NCBI GenBank assembly: GCA_025459425.1 | Contig: JALOQF010000014.1 | Span: forward strand, 1-32,000 | From: Myxococcaceae bacterium | Lineage (GTDB): Bacteria; Myxococcota; Myxococcia; Myxococcales; Myxococcaceae | Direction of reading: 5' to 3' | DNA: 32,000 nucleotides | Part shown: in pieces, positions 10,001-16,781 of the stretch | How positions within the stretch are numbered: position 1 is the first letter of the stretch | How the letters are laid out: every line of letters begins with the position of its first letter | Notes under the pieces: generated by a model | Database searches by the model: none | The model's input: the letters and a program-made list of their open reading frames with translations, nothing else | What the model was told of the DNA's origin: nothing | Translations under genes and position numbers: made by a program

Positions 10001-10293
10001 CGACGACGCTGAGCACGAGCCAGGCGAAGGGCGACCTCGACGTGGTGCGCTTCGGCAACGTGGGGCTGGTCGCCTGGGTCACGGTGGGCGGTGAGCTGCG
10101 CCTCACGCTGGTGTCGACGGACCCGACGGCGCCGCCCATCGACCTGGTGACGCCGGCCAGCAGCACGCGGTGGAACGACGCGACGCTGGCCGCCACGCCG
10201 CGGCTGTCGGTGGTGAATGGAGAGGTGCTGCTCACCTGGGCGGCAGGCTCTGGCGCCGGCCCGTGGACGATGCAGGCCCGGGTGATTCGCTGA
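7099..10293 (+). CDS. Large surface/secreted lipoprotein with three CarboxypepD_reg-like domains and PKD/Ig-like repeats
   Basis: Track ORF of 1064 aa. It starts MRKVVLVAGALLTAC|L (lipobox LTAC). There are three G-x-V...G-A-x-V...T-D-x-x-G-x-F modules (for example GSLQGTVVYSVPG...TGRFELDGL and GSVVGTVLRGD...DRGEFVLENLPEG). These are followed by repeated ...W.QV.GP.V....G..L.FT.P... PKD-like units. I do not recognise the C-terminal roughly 350 aa. Confidence 0.85.
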   Translation: MRKVVLVAGALLTACLDVTVPQPPPPAGPGSLQGTVVYSVPGRTGLRPAGGATVTLVGTSRRATADAETGRFELDGLTRSTGQVLFTFDATGDGVIDRQRVLELSSVGAGRGKTIALGDVALGRNGSVVGTVLRGDVVGPSGHAGTAVFVAGLPIATATSDRGEFVLENLPEGRVTVSFFRAGYLAETADLEVRSGQESQAATVRLQVDPAASSAAPARLTGTLRFEDDSPVANARLLLVSGALRLTSTTGPTGAFTVEASQAALFQVGIEAEGAQSLVLSNVLLLPGTTDLGVLALTRGTSTPIDFDGGFNPGTPDAGPSVIAVIDPPVLDVVPGGTGTLSSARSTGTRPLTSRWRTRQDGGLELLFATPITTGALSTFTAPDASGLFSVGLEVIDVSGTVSAEASALVRVGRAPTVSLTPSTMQVQSGDQVTLTATPQSEDGRPISEFRWSQVTGPAVPAVATETGATLTFTVPPVPGLIPMTFEVRARTDLGFESAPAGVTLQVQPRGAPRLTITTMSTPVTWTGGPRPIVRLSATLSGAAPQDTVSFAWSPAVQFACPLSDGGSDATCPLAVVLSDVTGPTTEFFAPAVSGDQSVRFTATARGSDGGVLATEAVDVTVLDRRPPSCRANLTRLALRVQCDEALASGPMLDGGPNTPPHSVEVDGGLALFLFETFPAGPLTLSVSGIADKANNPPAAPITIPSNVGLDVSSVFAAGGTSVANPRPTWVSGSASQGAPARRFVIGRATTATNRQVWLWDPENTCSLLPCQQFTLSIPLPGAEPGPSLGAVVAGSRTYLITSRTNPNALVEFSNGTAREFLPTTMPPLVGLSAIGDDLWVLSTDGGPLTRQRLIGTASDGGTLAPPELVNDEFNGALADVFASPDGQQVAAGLVDDFSVFRFRQFDGASQQWGVAGELALPSAATVVGTRGAFLGPSPGRPVWVTAESGGALRASFELPGTPPMATSTTLSTSQAKGDLDVVRFGNVGLVAWVTVGGELRLTLVSTDPTAPPIDLVTPASSTRWNDATLAATPRLSVVNGEVLLTWAAGSGAGPWTMQARVIR

Positions 10294-10295
10294 CG

Positions 10296-10697
10296 TCAGC
10301 GCATGCCGAACAGCACCAGCGCCACGATGGTGGTGAGGAAGTACGGCACCATCGCCGCCGCCGAGGCGTAGTCCTTCGCGAGCCGCTGCCCGAGGAAGAG
10401 GCCCACGATGCTCGACGCGCTCAAGAAGGCGCCTGCCATCGCCAGCGCCGTGGTGCCGAGCAGCACCGTCGCCAGCACGCCCGCCGCCGAGGTGATGCCC
10501 GCGAGCACCTCGAGCACCGTGATGACGAAGAACAAGAAGCCCGCCACCGGCCGCATCGGCGTCTTCTCGAGGTAGCCGGTGATGTAGGCCTTGTTGCCGC
10601 TCCAATCGAAGACCTTGTCGAGGCCCGACTGCAGGAAGAGGACGGCCAGGAACGCGCCCACGAAGCCCTGCGCCAGGAAGAGGCCGGTGTCTCGCAT
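10296..10697 (-). CDS. DoxX-family membrane protein
   Basis: This is the 3' 133 codons of track ORF 10296..11354, from the ATG at 10697: MRDTGLFLAQGFVGAFLAVLFLQSGLDKVFDW... It has four hydrophobic helices, typical in size and pattern for DoxX. The upstream part of the track ORF is a shadow of the hydrolase gene. Confidence 0.8.
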   Translation of the reverse strand: MRDTGLFLAQGFVGAFLAVLFLQSGLDKVFDWSGNKAYITGYLEKTPMRPVAGFLFFVITVLEVLAGITSAAGVLATVLLGTTALAMAGAFLSASSIVGLFLGQRLAKDYASAAAMVPYFLTTIVALVLFGMR

Positions 10698-10761
10698 GGG
10701 CGGGGCACATAGCGCGTCTTGCTTGAAAAGCACGCGGGGCCCGGCAAGGAGCGAGGGGCCC

Positions 10762-11586
10762 ATGCAGCTCCACGTCGACCTCGTCACCGCGCCGAACGCG
10801 ACGCCCTCGCGGGCGTTCCTCTTTCTCCACGGCATTCTGGGCCAGGGCACCAACCTGCGAACGCTGGCGCGGCGCTTCGTCGAGGCGCGGCCGACGTACC
10901 AGGCGGTGCTCGTCGACCTGCGCGCCCACGGCGCCTCCCAGGGCGTCGAAGGCGAAGACTCGGTGGTGACGGCGGCGGGCGACGTGGCGCAGACGGCGAA
11001 GGCCCTGCCGCTGCCGGTGACGGGCGCCTGCGCGCACTCGTTCGGTGGAAAGGTGACGATGCTGCTGGCCGAGCGCCTCGACGGGCTCGAGCACCTCGTC
11101 ATCCTCGACTCGGGGCCGGGCGCACGCACCGACTTCCGCGGCTCGGAGCTGACGATGAAGGTGCTGTCGACGCTCGAAGACGCACCGGCGCGGTTTCCTT
11201 CACGCGAGGCCTTCGTCGCGCACCTCGGCACCGCCGGCATCGAGCGCGGCATCGCGACGTGGCTGGGCATGAACCTCGACCGCGGCGACGACGGGTTCCG
11301 CTTCACCCTGTCGCTCGCCCGCATCCGCGCGCTGCTGGCCTCGTACTTCGCCACCGACTGCTGGCCGGTGCTCGAGCGGCTGGCCCTCGACGCAGGCCCG
11401 GCGTTTCACCTCGTCATCGGCGCGCGCTCGAAGGTGTTCGACGCCCACGAGCGGGAGCGGGCCGAGGCGCTGGCGGCCCGCTCAGGTGGGCGCTGCACCG
11501 TCGACGTGTTGCCGACGGGCCACTGGGTGCACGTCGACGACTTCGAGGGCACCGTGCGGGCGCTGCTGTCACGTGTTCCGGCGTGA
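10762..11586 (+). CDS. Alpha/beta hydrolase
   Basis: ATG at 10762, preceded by AAGGAG (10746-10751). The protein reads MQLHVDLV...RAFLFLHGILGQGTNL (oxyanion HG motif), AHSFGG (nucleophile elbow GxSxG-like) and C-terminal LPTGHWVHVD (catalytic His region). Confidence 0.85.
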   Translation: MQLHVDLVTAPNATPSRAFLFLHGILGQGTNLRTLARRFVEARPTYQAVLVDLRAHGASQGVEGEDSVVTAAGDVAQTAKALPLPVTGACAHSFGGKVTMLLAERLDGLEHLVILDSGPGARTDFRGSELTMKVLSTLEDAPARFPSREAFVAHLGTAGIERGIATWLGMNLDRGDDGFRFTLSLARIRALLASYFATDCWPVLERLALDAGPAFHLVIGARSKVFDAHERERAEALAARSGGRCTVDVLPTGHWVHVDDFEGTVRALLSRVPA

Positions 11587-11649
11587 GCCTGGCGCTGGGG
11601 GTGCGGAGTCAGGGACACGCCGCGACCGGCGTGAGCGAGCCGGGACTCG

Positions 11650-12096
11650 TCACCGCTCCCATGTCAGCAGCGACAACGGGTACATCGGCCCGTCGAGGGC
11701 GAGGTCGACGAACTGCTTCACGTCGCGGCCGGCGAGCGCCACCGTCGGCACCTGCTCGCGGGTGAACCACTGCGCGGCGAGCGAGTGCTCGTCGGCCTGC
11801 AGCTTGAGCGGCCGGTCGTCGGCGGGCCGGGCCACCACGCAGATGCGCAGCCGGGCCTCACCGCCGTCGACGAGCGTGTGCTGCACGCGCAAGAGGCCCT
11901 CGAGCTCGACGGGAACGCCCACCTCGGCGTGGGCCATGCGGCGCGCGGCGGCCAGCAGCTCTTCGCCGGGTTCGACGCGGCCACCCGGCAGCGACCAGGC
12001 CACGCCGTCCTTCGGGTCGCGCACCAGCGCCACCTTGCGCCCGGACTTCACGACGACGAGGGCGAACGTCCACGTGGGCGTCGGGGTGCGGGCCAT
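11650..12096 (-). CDS. Nudix-fold protein with a degenerate Nudix box
   Basis: Track ORF of 148 aa. The box region is GRVEPGEELLAAARRMAHAEVGV (11914-11982). It matches the spacing of GX5EX7REUXEEXGU, but REUXEE reads RMAHAE. Confidence 0.8.
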   Translation of the reverse strand: MARTPTPTWTFALVVVKSGRKVALVRDPKDGVAWSLPGGRVEPGEELLAAARRMAHAEVGVPVELEGLLRVQHTLVDGGEARLRICVVARPADDRPLKLQADEHSLAAQWFTREQVPTVALAGRDVKQFVDLALDGPMYPLSLLTWER

Positions 12097-12283
12097 GCCG
12101 CCACACTGCGCCGCACAGGCCCGTCATTCAACCGCCGAAGGGGGCGCGCCCGCTGCTTCGTGGTGACAGCGTTCGCCGCGCGCCAGCCGTCGGGCGCGAA
12201 GACGGACCAGCGGGTGCCACCGCAGGGCTCGGGGGGCTCCATCGTCGCCGCTGCCCGTTCCCCCTGTGGTAACGAGGCGCCCC

Positions 12284-12721
12284 ATGGACGAACTCACGCA
12301 ACGCACCAACGCGCTCAAGTCGATGCCGCTGCTCGCCGACCTTCCCCACGGCGAGCTCGAGAAGCTCGCGAAGCGGCTGTCGGTGGAGCAGCACCGCACC
12401 GGCTCCGTCATCATCAAGGAAGGCTCGAGCGGCGCGGCGGCGTACTTCATCGTCTCGGGCAGCTGCGAGGTGCGGCGCGAGGGCAAGCGCGGCAGCAAGC
12501 GCGTCAACGTCATCAAGCGCGGCGACTGCTTCGGCGAGCTGTCCATCATCAACCCGGCCCCGCGCTCGGCCACCGTGGTGGCGCTCGAGACCGTCGACCT
12601 GCTGGTGCTGAACGAGGCCGACTTCCGCGACGCGCTGCGGTCGAACCGCTCGATGGCGCTGCAGCTCGTGCGCGCGCTCGCCAAGCGGCTCCAGGCACGG
12701 GAAGACGAGTTCACGGGATGA
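12284..12721 (+). CDS. Stand-alone cyclic-nucleotide-binding (CAP effector-type) domain protein
   Basis: Track ORF 12266..12721 starts at a GTG. I prefer the ATG at 12284, with GAGG 7 nt upstream. Motifs: LEKLAKRLSVEQHRTGSVIIKEG...YFIVSGSCEV...GDCFGELSIINPAPRSATVVA (phosphate-binding cassette FGE...PRSAT). There is no HTH or other output domain. Confidence 0.85.
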   Translation: MDELTQRTNALKSMPLLADLPHGELEKLAKRLSVEQHRTGSVIIKEGSSGAAAYFIVSGSCEVRREGKRGSKRVNVIKRGDCFGELSIINPAPRSATVVALETVDLLVLNEADFRDALRSNRSMALQLVRALAKRLQAREDEFTG

Positions 12722-13737
12722 TTTCGACCTCGACCACGCCTTCCTGCACCATCCGCCAGCTCCTCGAGGACACGCAGTACGACCTCAAGCTCGAGCTGGT
12801 GGCGGGTGGCCCCGGCCTCGACCGGCGCATCTCGAGCTCGCGCGTGCAGAAGCCGGGCCTCGCGCTCACCGGCTTCACCGAGCACCTGCACCCCGAGCGG
12901 CTGCAGATCTTCGGCAACACCGAGATCTCGTACCTGCGCACCCTCTCGCCGGAGCAGCAGGTGGCGGTGCTGAAGAAGGTGTTCGAGTCGAACCTGGCGG
13001 CGGTGGTGGTGACGAAGGGCCTCGAGGTGCCGGCGCCACTCCACGAGGGCTGCGACCGCACGAACCTCACGCTCATGCGCACGCCGCTCATCTCGTCGGC
13101 GTTCATCTCGCAGGTGCAGTCGTTCCTCGAAGAGGCGCTGATGGCGTCGGGCAGCCTGCACGGCGTGCTCGTCGACGTCTTCGGCGTCGGCGTGCTGCTG
13201 CTGGGCAAGTCGGGCATCGGCAAGAGCGAGATTGCGCTGGACCTCGTGATGCGCGGGCACCGCCTGGTGGCCGACGACATCGTGAACCTCGTGCGCAAGC
13301 AGGCCGACGTGTACGGGCACGGCAACGAGATGATTCAGCACCACATGGAGATTCGGGGGCTGGGCATTCTCAACATCAAGGACCTCTTCGGCGTGGCGGC
13401 GGTGCGCGACCGGAAGAAGATCGAGCTCGTCATCGAGCTGGTCGAGTGGACGCCGACGGCCGAGTACGACCGCCTGGGCCTCGAGCAGGAGTCGATGAAC
13501 ATTCTGGGCGCCGAGCTGCCGCACGCGGTGGTGCCGGTGCGGCCGGGGCGCAACATGACGACCATCGTCGAGGTGGCGGCGCGCAACCACCTGCTCAAGC
13601 TGCGCGGCCACAACTCGGCGCAGGAGTTCGCGGAGCGCCTGTCACAGGCCATCTCGCGCCAGGGCACACCGTCGTCGGGCCGCGCGCAGGTGCCCGCGCC
13701 GAGGCCGACGCCGCAGTACGAAGAAGACGTCGAGTAG
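12718..13737 (+). CDS. hprK: HPr kinase/phosphorylase
   Basis: This is the 3' 339 codons of track ORF 11785..13737, from the ATG at 12718. That ATG overlaps the cNMP-binding gene's stop (ATGA). Motifs: GVGVLLLGKSGIGKSEIALDLV (P-loop) and HHMEIRGLGILNIKDLFG (HprK signature). Confidence 0.92.
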   Translation: MISTSTTPSCTIRQLLEDTQYDLKLELVAGGPGLDRRISSSRVQKPGLALTGFTEHLHPERLQIFGNTEISYLRTLSPEQQVAVLKKVFESNLAAVVVTKGLEVPAPLHEGCDRTNLTLMRTPLISSAFISQVQSFLEEALMASGSLHGVLVDVFGVGVLLLGKSGIGKSEIALDLVMRGHRLVADDIVNLVRKQADVYGHGNEMIQHHMEIRGLGILNIKDLFGVAAVRDRKKIELVIELVEWTPTAEYDRLGLEQESMNILGAELPHAVVPVRPGRNMTTIVEVAARNHLLKLRGHNSAQEFAERLSQAISRQGTPSSGRAQVPAPRPTPQYEEDVE

Positions 13738-13740
13738 CGC

Positions 13741-14159
13741 TCAGGGCCCACGCGGGGCGCGCGCCCACCACGACAGCGCCGCCTCGAGGTTCTCCCGCGC
13801 GCGCGCGCTCAGCGCCTCACCCAGCCCGAACTGCCACCCCCGAATCGCGAGCACCTTCGCGGGCGGCGCCTTCTCGCCGGTGAGCTGCTCGAACACGTGC
13901 AGCAGCGCGCCGGGCGAGAGGTGGTGCGTCGTGAGGCTCGCCGCGCCGTCGGGCATCACCTCGCGCACCTCGAAGGGCTCGGCCGCGTCCACCGCCGCGT
14001 CGACGAAGAGCACCTGGTCGCGGCCGACGAGGTCGAGCGCGTGCTCCGGCTGCAGCTGGTAGTCGACGACGAGCTCGACGTCGTCTCGCCGCGCGGCCTC
14101 TCCGACGAACGTCCGCCCCCCCGCGTGCCGACGCCCACCACCGCTCCGCGCGCGTCCAC
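13741..14159 (-). CDS. hoxW: Hydrogenase maturation endopeptidase (HoxW/HybD family), reading frame interrupted at a G7 run (possible pseudogene, indel error or frameshift site)
   Basis: The protease-like sequence RTFVGEAARRDDVELVVDYQLQPEHALDLVGRDQVLFVDAAV...SLTTHHLSPGALLHVFEQL...VLAIRGWQFGLGEALS is in the frame ending at 13741. The expected N-terminal strand (GAVVGVGT, compare hhhGhGN) is encoded only in the hoxH frame. The two frames meet at the C7/G7 run 14116-14122. The protease frame has no ATG/GTG/TTG start that would give a proper N-terminus. The coordinates assume the GTG at 14159 plus a -1 shift (419 nt). Confidence 0.55.
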
Positions 14160-15542
14160 CACCGTCACCTCGAGCGGCATGCGCCCCATCGCGTGCGTCG
14201 CGCACGACAGGCACGGGTCGAACGCGCGCACCGCCACCTCGACGTGGTTGAGCAGGCCCTCGGTCACCTCGTGGCCGTCCAGGTACCGGCGCGCCACCGA
14301 GCGGATGGCCTCGTTCATCGCCTGGTTGTTGTTGGTGGTGCTGACGATGAGGTTGCAGCGGGAGACGAGGTCGTCGTCGCCCACCTCGTAGTGGTGAATC
14401 AACGTGCCACGCGGCGCCTCGATGATGCCGATGCCTTCCCGCTGCCGGGCGCCCGTCGAGACGAGGTCGCCGTGCAGCAGGCCATCGTCGTGGAGCAGCC
14501 GCTCGAGGTCTTCGGCGGCGTGGAGGAGCTCGATCATCCGCGCCCAGTGGAAGGCGAGCGGCGCGTGGGTGATGCCCGGGTACGCCGCGCGGAAGTCCCG
14601 GCGGGCCGCCTCGGCGAGCGGCGTCGGCAGGCGGTCGCACAGCTGCACGCGCGCCAGCGGGCCCACCTTGTACCAACCGACGTCCGGCCCCAGCCGCTCG
14701 AGGTAGGGGAACTTCATGTACGACCAGGGCCGCACGTCTTCACGAATCAGCGCCTGGTAGTCGGCCGCCTCGACGCCATCGAAGAGCACCCGCCCCTCGG
14801 CGTCGACGCCGCGCAGGCCACCGTCGTAGAGGTCGAGCGCGCCGTCGGAGGCCACCAGCCCGAGCAGGTTCGAGGGCACCGCGCCGAAGCCCCGATGCCG
14901 GGCCTCGTTCACCTCGGTGAGGCGCCGCGCGAGCGCGACGGCCTCGAGCGCCCAGGCCTTCACCTGCGGCACCTGCGAGAGGAACGTGTCGCGCGCCTCG
15001 AGCGCCAGGTGCTTGTTCACGCCCCCCGGCACCGCGCCCGTGCCGTGAATGCGCTTGCCGTAGACGGCCTCGAGCACCTGCTGACCGAACTTGCGCAGCA
15101 GCACCCCCATCTTCGCGATGTCGGGGTGCTGCGCCACCAGCCCGATGAGGTTGCGCCGCGAGACGTCGGAGTCGAAGCCGAACAGCAGGTCGGGCGAGGC
15201 GAGGTGGAAGAAGTGCAGCGCGTGCGACTGGAGCATCTGCCCCGAGTGCATGAGCCTCCGGAGCTTCACCGCCGACGGTGGAGGCACGCCGCCCACCACC
15301 TGGTCGAGCGCCTTGGCCGCGCACAGGTTGTGCGACACCGGGCAGATGCCGCACAGCCGCTGCACCACCACCGGCACTTCCCAGTACGGGCGCCCGACGA
15401 TGAAGGCCTCGAAGCCGCGGAACTCGACGATGTGCAGCCGCGCCTCGTGCACCTTCCCCGCCTCGTCGAGGAGCAACGTCACCTTCCCGTGGCCTTCGAC
15501 GCGCGAGAGCGGCTCGATGGCGATGCGGCGCAGGTCAGTCAT
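13956..15542 (-). CDS. hoxH: [NiFe] hydrogenase large subunit, NAD(P)-linked bidirectional type (HoxH, group 3d-like)
   Basis: Track ORF of 528 aa. It contains LSRVEGHGKV, the N-terminal Ni-Fe ligand motif RLCGICPVSH and the C-terminal DPCLSCATH (His codon at 14193-14195). Homology-like sequence ends around ...MPLEVTVVDARGAVVG. The remaining tail, out to 13956, is Ser/Thr/Arg-rich and is the out-of-frame reading of hoxW. Confidence 0.92.
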   Translation of the reverse strand: MTDLRRIAIEPLSRVEGHGKVTLLLDEAGKVHEARLHIVEFRGFEAFIVGRPYWEVPVVVQRLCGICPVSHNLCAAKALDQVVGGVPPPSAVKLRRLMHSGQMLQSHALHFFHLASPDLLFGFDSDVSRRNLIGLVAQHPDIAKMGVLLRKFGQQVLEAVYGKRIHGTGAVPGGVNKHLALEARDTFLSQVPQVKAWALEAVALARRLTEVNEARHRGFGAVPSNLLGLVASDGALDLYDGGLRGVDAEGRVLFDGVEAADYQALIREDVRPWSYMKFPYLERLGPDVGWYKVGPLARVQLCDRLPTPLAEAARRDFRAAYPGITHAPLAFHWARMIELLHAAEDLERLLHDDGLLHGDLVSTGARQREGIGIIEAPRGTLIHHYEVGDDDLVSRCNLIVSTTNNNQAMNEAIRSVARRYLDGHEVTEGLLNHVEVAVRAFDPCLSCATHAMGRMPLEVTVVDARGAVVGVGTRGGGRSSERPRGETTSSSSSTTSCSRSTRSTSSAATRCSSSTRRWTRPSPSRCAR

Positions 15543-16074
15543 AGCGGAGCGCTCCTCTCGGCAACGTCGGCTCGCGCCCGTCGAGCAGCGCGGTGAGGAA
15601 GGCCCAGAACGCGTCGGCCGGCGGTGGGCAGCCCGGCAGGAAGTAGTCGACGCGAACGAACTCGTGCACCGGCCGAACCTTGTCGAAGAGCCGCGGCAGC
15701 TCGACGTCGTCAGGCAGCGCGCGCCGGCCGAGGCCCGGCTCGGCCATGTAGACGGTGTGCAAGAGCTCGCTCACGTCGAACTGGTTGCGCTGGGCGGGGA
15801 GGCCTCCATTGATGGCGCAGGCGCCCACCGACACCAGCAGGCGGCACTGGTCGCGGAACTCCTTCAGCACGTGCAGGTTGTCTTCGTTGCACACGCCACC
15901 CTCGATGAGCCCTACGTCGCAGGCGCTGGCGTGCTTCACGTCGGTGAGCGGAGACCGGTCGAACGTCACGCGCTCGAGCAGCGGGAGGATGCGCTCGTCG
16001 AGGTCGAGGAACGACATGTGGCAGCCGAAGCAGCCGGCGAGCGACGTGGTGGCCAGCTTCACCTTGCCCGTCAT
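15535..16074 (-). CDS. hoxY: [NiFe] hydrogenase small subunit (HoxY)
   Basis: From the ATG at 16074 (179 aa): MTGKVKLATTSLAGCFGCHMSFLDLDE...GGVCNEDN...VGACAINGG...DYFLPGCPP (proximal 4Fe-4S Cys pattern of short group-3 small subunits). It has an ATGA overlap with hoxU and an 8-nt overlap (ATGACTGA) with the hoxH start. Confidence 0.9.
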   Translation of the reverse strand: MTGKVKLATTSLAGCFGCHMSFLDLDERILPLLERVTFDRSPLTDVKHASACDVGLIEGGVCNEDNLHVLKEFRDQCRLLVSVGACAINGGLPAQRNQFDVSELLHTVYMAEPGLGRRALPDDVELPRLFDKVRPVHEFVRVDYFLPGCPPPADAFWAFLTALLDGREPTLPRGALRYD

Positions 16075-16781
16075 GGCTCCTCCTTGCCTTCGACCTGCGT
16101 GCGCGGCGGCGCGACGTCGTGGGGCCGCTGGCCGATGGGCGTCGAGAAGCCGACGCGCTTCTTCAAGATGACGCCGACCGGGCACACGCGCGCCGCGACG
16201 TCGTCGACGGACATGCCGGTGTCCGCCAGCCGGCCCGACTCGGCGTTGACGATGAGGTGCTTGTGCAGCCCACGCCCCGAGAGCGCGAAGACGTGCTTGT
16301 GGTCGACGTCCGCCGAAGCGCGCACGCACAGCTCGCAGAGGATGCAGCGGTTGAAGTCGAGGAGCAGGTCGGGGTGCGACGCATCGACCGGGCGCTGCGG
16401 CGACTCGTGCGCGAAGCCTGCCGAGGTGACGCCGAGGTCGGTGCCGAGGGTCTGCAGCGTGCAGCCGCCGGACTTCTCGCACCCGGGGCAGAAGTGGTTG
16501 CCCTCGACGAGGAGCATCTGCACGAGCGCCTGCCGGTCGGCGTGGAGCGACGGCGTCTGGCTCTCGACGGTGAGGCCGGCCGCAGCCCGGGTGGTGCACG
16601 CCGCCATCGGGCGCCCGTTCACCAGCACCGTGCAGACGCGACACGAGCCGTGAGCCGGGAAGTCCGGGTGCGCGCAGAGGAAGGGAATGTACGTGTGCGC
16701 AGCGCGCGCGGCCTCGATGAGCGTCTGGCCCTCGTCGAACTCGACCGGCACACCGTCGAGGGTGAAGCGCGGGCGGCTCAT
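16071..16781 (-). CDS. hoxU: Diaphorase Fe-S subunit HoxU (NuoG N-terminal-like)
   Basis: Track ORF of 236 aa. Motifs: CAHPDFPAHGSCRVCTV...AAC (2Fe-2S), HFCPGCEKSGGC (His-ligated 4Fe-4S), CILCELCVRAS and RVCPVG (4Fe-4S). Confidence 0.9.
   Translation of the reverse strand: MSRPRFTLDGVPVEFDEGQTLIEAARAAHTYIPFLCAHPDFPAHGSCRVCTVLVNGRPMAACTTRAAAGLTVESQTPSLHADRQALVQMLLVEGNHFCPGCEKSGGCTLQTLGTDLGVTSAGFAHESPQRPVDASHPDLLLDFNRCILCELCVRASADVDHKHVFALSGRGLHKHLIVNAESGRLADTGMSVDDVAARVCPVGVILKKRVGFSTPIGQRPHDVAPPRTQVEGKEEP

Noticed and set aside
10698-11354. Upstream part of track ORF 10296..11354 (352 aa)
   Set aside because: It is antisense to the alpha/beta hydrolase, which has an AAGGAG RBS and catalytic motifs. 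DoxX-like hydrophobic sequence begins only at the ATG at 10697.
11785-12717. Upstream part of the 650-aa ORF 11785..13737, and the 495-aa antisense ORF 12124..13611
   Set aside because: These are off-frame shadows across the Nudix and cNMP-binding genes. HprK homology begins at the ATG at 12718.
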